In this document: piece after piece, positions 38,436 to 45,086 of the stretch | Layout: the number at the start of each line of letters is the position of its first letter | Numbering within the stretch: the stretch's first letter is position 1 | Source: Chthoniobacteraceae bacterium | Lineage (GTDB): Bacteria > Verrucomicrobiota > Verrucomicrobiia > Chthoniobacterales > Chthoniobacteraceae | Assembly (NCBI GenBank): GCA_040081625.1 | Contig: JBEBGD010000036.1 | Location: forward strand, 1 to 45,086 | Direction of reading: 5' to 3' | Length of the DNA stretch: 45,086 nt | Translations under genes and position numbers: made by a program | The notes under the pieces: generated by a model | Seen by the model: only the letters and a program-made list of their open reading frames with translations | What the model was told of the DNA's origin: nothing | The model's database searches: none

Positions 38436-38941
38436 GGCTTTCGTGAGAAACGAACGCACAACACGACGATCCACGCGAGCACGGCGGCGAGGAAACTCGC
38501 GATGAGGTAACCGAACTCCGGGCCCGGCAGCGCGACGGGCGTGCGCTCATTTGCCAGGAGCACCATCCAATGGATGCACGCGACGAATGCGGTGAGCGCG
38601 CACGCGAGCCAGATGCCCCACCGCGCGACGAAATCGAACGTCGCCTCGCGGCGCTCGGGCGCGAACCAGTAGTCGCGGTGCGGGATGTTCAAGCCCAGTC
38701 CGCCGAAGGCGCGAATGCCGAGAAAGATCAGCAGCAGGAAAGCCGAGATCCCGATCCCGAATCCGATTATCGTTTTCGCGTGAGTGTCTCGGCTCATCCA
38801 GCCGTCCGGCTGCCCGCCCGCGCCGAAGTGCGTCGCGACGCGCTCCGGCATGCGGTCCGCCGTCCCGAGCACGAACGCCGCGAGCCCGAGCCAGCAAAGC
38901 GCGAGCGCGGCGAGCGGCGATGCGATCCGGCTCAGGTTCAC
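38432..38941 (-). CDS. DUF1648-like membrane protein
   Basis: MPERVATHFGAGGQPDGW motif, NIPHRDYW, four hydrophobic helices. Confidence 0.8.
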   Translation of the reverse strand: MNLSRIASPLAALALCWLGLAAFVLGTADRMPERVATHFGAGGQPDGWMSRDTHAKTIIGFGIGISAFLLLIFLGIRAFGGLGLNIPHRDYWFAPERREATFDFVARWGIWLACALTAFVACIHWMVLLANERTPVALPGPEFGYLIASFLAAVLAWIVVLCVRFSRKP

Positions 38942-39753
38942 AGGAGCACCCGCCGGAACAGCTCGTCGAGCGGCACCTGCAGGCCGATGTAAAACTCGCC
39001 GAACTCCCCGTAGTCCGCGCTCACCGGATCGAAACGCATCTCATACACGATGCCTTTGATGTCGGCGGGATCGTGCGCGAGCAGCGTCACGCCCCACTCC
39101 CAGTCGTCGAGTCCGGTCGAGCCGGTGATGAGCTGGAGGATCTTCCCCGACCACGTCCGCCCGACGCGCGCGTGCCCGCCCATGAGCTTCTTCCGCTCGT
39201 CGAATGGCAGCGCATACCAGTTCTTGATCTGCCCGCGGCGCTTGTTCATCGGGTAAAAACACATCACCTCCCACGGCGGCAGCACGGGGTAGAGGCGATC
39301 CTTGAGATACTTCGTCATGCGCGCCTTGAACTCCGCCATCTTCTGCTCGTGCTCGGGCGTGCCGGGCGCGTGGCCTTCCGACGCGAGGTCGGCGGCGTAT
39401 TGCTCGTCGGTCGTCGTGTATTCACTCTTCTCGGTCATCGAAAGGTAGGTGTAGGTCGGCGAGAGCACGTCCGGCCCGAGCGCGAGCGTGAGTTGCTTCT
39501 CGAAGGCGTTGAGCTTGTGCAGGTCCGCGGCGAGCAGCATGAAGCCGATGTCCGACTTCGGGCTCACCATCGCGAAGATCAAAAGCTGGCAGCCCTCGGT
39601 CGCGCGGATTTCCTGCACCAGCTCGCTCAGCCCCGTCTTCGCCTCGATCTGCTCATCCGGGGAAAGCAGCGCCCACTGGCCGTGATCGACGCGATAGAAA
39701 AGATGGAGGACGTGCCAGCCTTCGGCGGGAATGACGGGTGTGAGTGTGGACAT
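38938..39753 (-). CDS. hemQ: Coproheme decarboxylase HemQ/ChdC (chlorite dismutase-like family)
   Basis: EGWHVLH, FYPMNKRR, NWY, LMGGHARVGR, GSTGLDDWEWGV, IVYEMRFD. Confidence 0.85.
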   Translation of the reverse strand: MSTLTPVIPAEGWHVLHLFYRVDHGQWALLSPDEQIEAKTGLSELVQEIRATEGCQLLIFAMVSPKSDIGFMLLAADLHKLNAFEKQLTLALGPDVLSPTYTYLSMTEKSEYTTTDEQYAADLASEGHAPGTPEHEQKMAEFKARMTKYLKDRLYPVLPPWEVMCFYPMNKRRGQIKNWYALPFDERKKLMGGHARVGRTWSGKILQLITGSTGLDDWEWGVTLLAHDPADIKGIVYEMRFDPVSADYGEFGEFYIGLQVPLDELFRRVLL

Positions 39754-39762
39754 GGCAGTAGT

Positions 39763-39845
39763 CTTTGGTTTCGGGTTTGGGGTTGCGAGTTTCGGGTGCC
39801 GGGGTTCGCGCGCAACCCGAAACCCGAAACTCAAAACCGAACAAC
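39763..39845. repeat. Heptamer tandem repeats in inverted arms
   Basis: (GTTTCGG/GTTGCGA)n followed by (CCGAAAC/TCAAAAC)n. Confidence 0.8.
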
Positions 39846-39901
39846 CTCACGCTTGCGAGGCGGCCCGCGAACGCTACTCTCCGCACCTTTCAAACCGAAC
39901 C

Positions 39902-40135
39902 ATGGCCGACGCCGCTAACAAATATAAGGATCAAGCACCCGGGAAGTATTACGTCGATGACCAGTGCATCGACTGCGACCTCTGCCGCGAGACTGCCCCC
40001 GCCAACTTCACCCGCAACGACGACGGCGGCCACAGCTACGTCCACAAGCAGCCCGAGAACGAGGAAGAGGAGAAGCTCTGCAAGGAAGCCATGGAAGGCT
40101 GCCCGGTCGAGGCGATCGGGCCGGACGGCGCGTAG
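39902..40135 (+). CDS. Ferredoxin
   Basis: CIDCDLCRETAP...CPVEAIG. Confidence 0.92.
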   Translation: MADAANKYKDQAPGKYYVDDQCIDCDLCRETAPANFTRNDDGGHSYVHKQPENEEEEKLCKEAMEGCPVEAIGPDGA

Positions 40136-40150
40136 CGCGCTGCGGGAAAT

Positions 40151-40251
40151 CGAGAGTTCGTAGTTGAGAGTTCAGAGCCGTCGGCTCTGACTTGCCGTGT
40201 CCTTTCGCATGAGCGCGGCTCTCAACCCTCAACTCGAAACTCTCAACCCCT
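40151..40251. repeat. Heptamer tandem repeats in inverted arms
   Basis: (GAGAGTT/CGTAGTT)n and (CTCAACC/CTCAACT)n. Confidence 0.75.
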
Positions 40252-40252
40252 C

Positions 40253-40612
40253 ATGACTCCCCGCCTCCGAGCCCGCGTGATCGCCGAATGGCGCGGTCTG
40301 CCCGAGACGGCGATGGGACGCGACACCGCGAAGCCGATCTTCGATCCGCTCGCGAAAGTGATGGCCGCGCTCGGCCTCGGCGACCGCGTGCGCGAGGAGG
40401 AAATCCGGCGCGTGTGGCGCGACATCGTCGGCGAATTCCTCGCCGCGCACTCGAACCCCGCAGCCTTGCAGAACGGCGTGCTGATCGTGCGTGTCCTCCA
40501 GCCCACGCTGCTCTACGAACTCGACCGCAACTCAAAGCCGCAGATCGTCCAGAAGCTGCGCGCCCGCTTCGGCGCGAAGGTCGTGCGCGACATCAAATTC
40601 CGCATCGGATGA
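40253..40612 (+). CDS. DUF721/DciA family protein
   Basis: W.DIVG..LAAHSNP..L.NGVLIV.V...L pattern; ends with DIKFRIG. Confidence 0.8.
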   Translation: MTPRLRARVIAEWRGLPETAMGRDTAKPIFDPLAKVMAALGLGDRVREEEIRRVWRDIVGEFLAAHSNPAALQNGVLIVRVLQPTLLYELDRNSKPQIVQKLRARFGAKVVRDIKFRIG

Positions 40613-40625
40613 TGGAAGGGAAACA

Positions 40626-40707
40626 GGTGATCAGTGATCGGTGATCAGTGATCGGTGATCAGTGAACACGTTCGCTCCGAAGCCCGATCACTGTTCACCG
40701 ATCACCA
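40626..40707. repeat. Heptamer tandem repeats (GTGATCA/GTGATCG) in inverted arms
   Basis: GGTGATCAGTGATCGGTGATCAGTGATCGGTGATCAGTGA followed by CCGATCACTGTTCACCGATCACC. Confidence 0.85.
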
Positions 40708-40718
40708 ACTCCTCCGCA

Positions 40719-41069
40719 GTGCCCGACACCATTCATATATCGCAGCTCGAGCTCCGCGCGCACATCGGCGTGCCCGATGAGGAGCGCGCGACACCTCAGC
40801 GCCTGACGGTGGACCTCACGCTCGAACCCGCGCGCGGTTTCTCCGACCTCGCCGACGACCTCGCGCGCACGGTCGATTACTTCGAGGTCTGCCGCGCAGT
40901 GCAGGCGCTCGCCGCGGAGCGTCCGCGCAAGCTCATCGAGACGCTCGCCGAGGAAATCGCCGCGCTCGTCCTCGCGCGCTTCGCCGTCGTGTCGGTCGAA
41001 GTCGAGCTGCGCAAATACATCCTGCCCGACACGCAGTTCGTCGCCGTGCATCTTCACCGCGAGAAATGA
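40719..41069 (+). CDS. folB: Dihydroneopterin aldolase (GTG start)
   Basis: DTIHI..L...AHIGVPDEER..PQRL.VD, DDLARTVDY, KLIETLAEEIA. Confidence 0.9.
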   Translation: MPDTIHISQLELRAHIGVPDEERATPQRLTVDLTLEPARGFSDLADDLARTVDYFEVCRAVQALAAERPRKLIETLAEEIAALVLARFAVVSVEVELRKYILPDTQFVAVHLHREK

Positions 41070-41500
41070 TCAAGCACCCGCACGGCCACGAATACCCCGC
41101 GCCCGCGCCGAACCCGCCGCCGCCGCCGGGCGCCGTCGAGCTTTTCGACCGGCTCGGCGGAAAGCCGGGCATCTCGCGGCTGGTGAAATGGTTCTACGCC
41201 CGCGTGCGCTTCGAGCCGGACCTTGAGCCGATCTTCAACGAGCACATCCCGCTGTGGAAAGATCACCTCGCGCGCATCATCGACTTCTGGGTCGGCCAGA
41301 CCGGCGGGCCGGCCAACTACGCGGGCGGCATGGGCCGGCACTTCAAGCTCGGCCTCGCCCCGGAGCACTTCGCCACATGGCTGCGCGTGTGGGAGCAAAA
41401 CTGCCGCGACCTGCTCCAGCCGCGCGAAGCGGAGGAAATGATCGCGCTGGCGAATTCGCTCGCCGACGACCTCCAGCGCATGATCGCCCGGCGCGGCTAG
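41066..41500 (+). CDS. Group III truncated hemoglobin
   Basis: LVKWFYARVR, LEPIF, WKDHLARIIDFW, EHFATWL.VW. Confidence 0.85.
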   Translation: MIKHPHGHEYPAPAPNPPPPPGAVELFDRLGGKPGISRLVKWFYARVRFEPDLEPIFNEHIPLWKDHLARIIDFWVGQTGGPANYAGGMGRHFKLGLAPEHFATWLRVWEQNCRDLLQPREAEEMIALANSLADDLQRMIARRG

Positions 41501-41838
41501 ACTCTCCGCGCCTCGAGGATCATCTCGTTGATCTTCTGCCGGATCTCTTCCTGCACCGGATCGGAATAAGGCGTGTCGAGCGTCGCCACCGCATTCGTAT
41601 TGGCCGAAGTGCCCGCGATCGCGTCGTTCAGATCGGCGAGCGACACCTGGCCCGCCGGACCTTGCGGACCGGGCGCGCCATCCGCGCCGCTGGGCCCCGG
41701 CGAACCGTCCGCACCGGCCGGCCCCGGTGGCCCTTGCGTGCCGGTTTGGATTTCATCGTGCAGCGCGTTGAATTGGTCGCGGAATTCCGCCGAGACCATC
41801 TCTGCGCCGTGCGGCGGGAAGTTTGGGTCGAATGGCAT
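41497..41838 (-). CDS. Small collagen-like protein (11 Gly-X-Y triplets between two short helical segments; alternative start 41856)
   Basis: MPFDPNFP...AEFRDQFNALHDEI; GTQ GPP GPA GAD GSP GPS GAD GAP GPQ GPA GQV; C-terminal EEIRQKINEMI. Confidence 0.8.
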   Translation of the reverse strand: MPFDPNFPPHGAEMVSAEFRDQFNALHDEIQTGTQGPPGPAGADGSPGPSGADGAPGPQGPAGQVSLADLNDAIAGTSANTNAVATLDTPYSDPVQEEIRQKINEMILEARRV

Positions 41839-41879
41839 GGCTTTAGGAAGGCTCATCGAACCCCACTCGCGCCCCGGAG

Positions 41880-42123
41880 TTTCCCGTCGGGAAAGACCGA
41901 TTTCCCGACGGAGGTCCGCGCTTTCCCGACGGACGTGAGTCCCTCCCGACGGACGCCGGCTCTTTCCCGACAAGCGGACGCGATCCCCCGACGGGAAAAT
42001 GGCTTTTCCTGGAGGGAAATCGCATTTTCCCGACGGGCGGGAGCCTTCTCCCGACGGGCAAATTATCCTTCCCGACGAGGGGCGAAACTTTCCCGTCAGC
42101 AAAGGGTTCCTTTCCGCCGGACG
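41880..42123. repeat. Array of 12 units, 21-bp period, conserved TTTCCCGACGG core plus variable ~10 nt
   Basis: CCCGACG-type cores at 41883, 41904, 41925, 41945, 41966, 41987, 42008, 42029, 42050, 42071, 42092, 42113 (all steps 21 nt except one of 20). Confidence 0.92.
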
Positions 42124-42203
42124 CGAAGGCTCGCCTCCTCGTCCACACCGAAACTTCCTGCACATGGAAGCACATCACCAAAAAACACCACTCGGGACTC
42201 GCC

Positions 42204-42911
42204 ATGGCGCGCCTTGACGCCGGCCTCAAATTCGATGCCGGGGTCCGACTCGACTCGGGGACTCCCACTACTCGGAGAACCAAAATGATCGAAATTCGTC
42301 GCAATTGGAGCAAACTAACGATCCACGGTCGCGTGGAATTCATGGGCAAAGTCATCACCAACCAGGAGAAAGTGCCGGCCATCCTGCCGCACGCCGATCC
42401 GCGGCTGGCCGACTTCAAAGCCCTCTACCTCGTCGCCAAGGAAAAGGACGACGGCGTCATCGCCCTCGAAGGCCAGATCAAAGCCGCCCGCATGGCGCGG
42501 ACCGAAGCCGTCGATGCCGCCATCGCGGCGATGGGTCCGAACGCGAGCTTCGTCGAAGCCGACGCGACCAGCGAAGCGATGGTGCTCGAAGTCGGCTACG
42601 AGCTGAACAAGGCCGCCCCCACGCCCGTAGGCCCGCTCGGCCCCGTGCAAGACCTCGACGTGAAGCCCGGCGATAACGACGGCGAGCTGGTCTGGAACGT
42701 CCACCCGCTGACCGGCGCCAGCGGCTACGAATCGCGCACCACCACCGATCCTAACAACCCCGCGCTATGGATAACGCACATGGTCGTCACGCAATCGAGC
42801 GGCACGATCCACGGCCTGACCAGCGGCGTGCGCCACTACGTGCAAGTCCGCGCGATCGGCCCCCTCGGCCCCGGTCCGTGGAGCGACATCGCGTGGCGGA
42901 TGGTGCCGTAA
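42204..42911 (+). CDS. Fibronectin type III domain protein with N-terminal [L/F]D[A/S]G repeats (alternative start 42285)
   Basis: MARLDAGLKFDAGVRLDSG; helical core; FN3 pattern PVQDL.V...GELVW...GASGY...GLTSGVRHYVQVRAIGPLGPGPWS. Confidence 0.85.
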   Translation: MARLDAGLKFDAGVRLDSGTPTTRRTKMIEIRRNWSKLTIHGRVEFMGKVITNQEKVPAILPHADPRLADFKALYLVAKEKDDGVIALEGQIKAARMARTEAVDAAIAAMGPNASFVEADATSEAMVLEVGYELNKAAPTPVGPLGPVQDLDVKPGDNDGELVWNVHPLTGASGYESRTTTDPNNPALWITHMVVTQSSGTIHGLTSGVRHYVQVRAIGPLGPGPWSDIAWRMVP

Positions 42912-43096
42912 CGGAGCGCAACGCGATCACCCCGCCGCGAACCTCCCCTCGTCTCCCGGACAAACCGCAGTCCGGGAGCGAGGGAAAGGGTTTCCGCTTG
43001 CCAAAGGCGGGAGCCGCAGGCGGGATGTCCCCCAATGCCGTCGCGAATCGCCTCTCCCCGCTACAGCCGCCCCCCGTTTTGTCCGCGACACTTGTC

Positions 43097-43118
43097 GCCT
43101 AATTGGAGTTAGGCGTTC
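43097..43118 (+). other. Integron-type recombination core site (attI-like simple site / cassette R' end)
   Basis: GCCTAAT-TGGA-GTTAGGC; GTTRRRY at 43108, 24 nt before the next gene; complementary partner GAACGCTTAAC at 43861-43871. Confidence 0.55.
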
Positions 43119-43131
43119 TCGCACATCTCCC

Positions 43132-43854
43132 GTGAACGGAATCAGTCCAACCCGCCTGTTGCGCTTACTCTGGCTTGCCGCGCTGGTGCTATTCGTCGCG
43201 GTTTGGCTCTTTCCCGTCAGCAACCGCATCACGCGAGCGACCGGTCTTGCCCTTTTTGTCGTCGTCTGGTTCGGCCTTATCGCGCTGTGCTGGCGTCACC
43301 GCGCTCTCCGCTTCTCTCTTTTCGGCGTTACTCTCCTATTCAGCGGCTTTCTAGCCTTGCCCGGCCGTGGCCTTCCCACCGCCGACTCGCTGCGCAGCGA
43401 TTACGTCGCCGGGCTCCGACGCTACGACGGAGTGAGCTACTACTGGGGCGGCGAGAGTCCCAAGGGCATTGACTGCTCTGGCCTCATTCGACGCGGCCTC
43501 ATCGACTCGCTGTTCTTCCGTGGTATCCGCACGTTCGATCCCGCCCTTGTTCGCCGCGCTCTTTCGCTTTGGTGGCACGACACCACAGCGAGCGCACTCG
43601 GCCAGCAGCATGCCGGACTTACCGTGCATCTACTCGACACGCCCAGCGTCAACCAACTCGACCACTCCAAGGTTCTTCCAGGAGACCTCGCTGTTACTCG
43701 CAGCGGCGTTCACATCATGGCCTACCTCGGCGACAACCGCTGGATTGAGGCTGACCCCGGCGTGGGTCGCGTCATCACCGTGCCCGCGCCCACGAACGAC
43801 AACGAGTGGTTCCGCACACCAATGAACATCGTCCGATGGACAGTCTTCCAGTAA
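43132..43854 (+). CDS. NlpC/P60 family protein with three N-terminal TM helices (GTG start)
   Basis: YYWGGESPKGIDCSGL, PGDL, GVHIMAYLG; more T/A-ending codons than flanking genes. Confidence 0.88.
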   Translation: MNGISPTRLLRLLWLAALVLFVAVWLFPVSNRITRATGLALFVVVWFGLIALCWRHRALRFSLFGVTLLFSGFLALPGRGLPTADSLRSDYVAGLRRYDGVSYYWGGESPKGIDCSGLIRRGLIDSLFFRGIRTFDPALVRRALSLWWHDTTASALGQQHAGLTVHLLDTPSVNQLDHSKVLPGDLAVTRSGVHIMAYLGDNRWIEADPGVGRVITVPAPTNDNEWFRTPMNIVRWTVFQ

Positions 43855-44029
43855 TCGACCGAACGCTTAACCCCTATGAAAGGTGTCAACTACGGGCGAG
43901 GTGATTTGCTGAATTTGTTTTTGGTGGAGGTTACAAGGCGGGCGGTGGGTTGAGGGTGGCTTGCGATCTTTGCGACGAAGGGGGGCGGACGAAGGGGCCG
44001 CGAGAACATTCCTGCCGTCCCTCCCCGCG

Positions 44030-44064
44030 TTGACGCCCGCCGCCGCCGCGTGCATCCTGCGGCC
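44030..44064 (+). promoter_or_regulatory. Sigma70-type leaderless promoter of TA operon
   Basis: TTGACG-17 nt-CATCCT-6 nt-ATG; same context as 2467-2501. Confidence 0.65.
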
Positions 44065-44301
44065 ATGAGCACGCTCGCCGAGATCGAAAAGGCCGTTCCA
44101 CAACTCACTGCCACTGAATTGGCGGAGTTGGAGCGTTTCGTGCGCGAAATGCGCGTGAAGCAGGCAGGCGCGGTGCCAGCGCTGGCAAGGCCGTGGATGG
44201 AATTGGCGGGCTGCCTCGCCGGGGAGTCCGATGAGTTGCGGCGCGTGGACCGCTTGGTGGAGGCGGAGTTTGAGAGCGTGAATCCCGACGATTGGCGATG
44301 A
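44065..44301 (+). CDS. Putative antitoxin
   Basis: 78 aa, MSTLAEIEKAV..L...EL; acidic C-terminus; ATGA overlap with the PIN toxin gene. Confidence 0.75.
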   Translation: MSTLAEIEKAVPQLTATELAELERFVREMRVKQAGAVPALARPWMELAGCLAGESDELRRVDRLVEAEFESVNPDDWR

Positions 44302-44675
44302 TCCTCGACACGAATGGGGTGTCGGCATTTTTCGAGGGCGTGCCGGCGGTGTGCGAGGCGGTGGGCCGGGCGGAGGTGCTGGCGGTGCCGAGCATCGTGC
44401 TCGGCGAATATCGCTTCGGTCTGTCGGGTTCGCGTCTGCGGGCGGAATTGGACGCGAAGCTGGGAAGGCTCCAACGGCTCGCACAAGTGCTGGTCGTGGA
44501 TGCGGAAACCGCACGCCATTATGCGACGATTCGCCGCGAGTTGAAGGATGCGGGAACACCCATCCCTGAAAATGACTTATGGATCGCCGCGCTCGCGCGC
44601 CAGCACGGGCTGCCGCTGTTGAGCAACGACGCGCATTTCGACCACGTCCATTCCTTGACGCGCGTCGGTTGGTAG
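44298..44675 (+). CDS. vapC: PIN-domain (VapC-family) toxin
   Basis: MILDTN, IVLGE, PIPENDLWIAA, LSNDAHF acidic quartet. Confidence 0.92.
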   Translation: MILDTNGVSAFFEGVPAVCEAVGRAEVLAVPSIVLGEYRFGLSGSRLRAELDAKLGRLQRLAQVLVVDAETARHYATIRRELKDAGTPIPENDLWIAALARQHGLPLLSNDAHFDHVHSLTRVGW

Positions 44676-44821
44676 CCGGGAGCGGGGTCGGTCTGTGAAT
44701 CTCCCTCGTGTGCAGCGGTCGCCGCTCCGTAAGCGGCGCAGGCGGTAATCGGGAAGTGCGCTTCTTTCCTGCTAAACAAGGCAAATCAGGACACTGCCGG
44801 AAGTCCGAGGCGAGTTCGCCT

Positions 44822-44851
44822 CGGGCAACGGGCGGGTCGCCCGTTCCACCC
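44822..44851. repeat. REP-like palindrome
   Basis: AACGGGCG-GGT-CGCCCGTT followed by CCACCC (GGTGG-type end on minus strand). Confidence 0.5.
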
Positions 44852-44873
44852 GACACCGATCTTCGCGCGACGC

Positions 44874-45086
44874 CTACAGCTTCGACGCGATCAGCTTCTC
44901 CAGCTTCACGATGTCAGCGGAGAATTTGCGGATGCCGTCGCTGGTCTTCTCGGTCGCCATCTGGTCGTCGTTGACGAGGTAGCGGAAGGTCTTTTCGTCG
45001 AGCGGCAGCTTCGCGATCGGGTCGTTTTTCGCCGTGGCGGCGTCGAGCTTCTTCACGACGGGATCGTTGCTCGCGGCGAGTTCGGC
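44874..45086 (-). CDS. tal: Transaldolase, C-terminal part (runs off the window)
   Basis: LDEKTFRYLVNDDQMATEKTSDGIRKFSADIVKLEKLI matches the type 1 transaldolase C-terminus. Confidence 0.88.
   Translation of the reverse strand, partial: AELAASNDPVVKKLDAATAKNDPIAKLPLDEKTFRYLVNDDQMATEKTSDGIRKFSADIVKLEKLIASKL

Noticed and set aside
41880..42123. CRISPR array
   Set aside because: Repeat core of about 11 nt and spacers of about 10 nt are far below CRISPR sizes, the cores are degenerate, and there are no cas genes in the window.
41497..42165. 222-aa ORF making the array an N-terminal heptad-repeat extension of the collagen-like protein
   Set aside because: The 20-nt unit switches the repeat phase mid-ORF (PSG heptads to RRE heptads), several frames are open simply from high GC, and the start is weak. 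Not fully excluded.
43865..44010. Complete attC site after the NlpC/P60 gene
   Set aside because: R'' is present, but I could not find matching L boxes or a closing GTTRRRY at a plausible distance.

Overview
GC-rich bacterial chromosomal window; gene content and protein styles suggest Verrucomicrobia (inference, not verified). The central ~39 kb is mostly housekeeping and envelope genes: pilin, PDH E2, serA, PilT-like ATPase, IscA/HesB, mutL, add, HtrA plus a two-component system, gluQ, an M16 peptidase pair, rsmI, secDF-yajC, larE, hemQ, ferredoxin, folB, truncated globin and a partial tal. Many intergenic palindromic repeats are scattered among them. The most unusual feature is a parallel accessory module at both ends. 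Each has a ~21-bp-period array (36-220 and 41880-42123) directly upstream of a ~240-260 aa protein with N-terminal [W/F/L]-D-[S/A]-G repeats and a C-terminal FN3-like domain. Each is followed by a cargo gene and a small antitoxin-like gene driven by a near-identical leaderless promoter. The right-hand copy also has a divergent mini collagen-like gene, and its cargo (an NlpC/P60 gene) has integron-cassette-like ends. No rRNA, tRNA, CRISPR-cas or transposase gene was recognised. All family names come from motif recognition by eye and need HMM confirmation.
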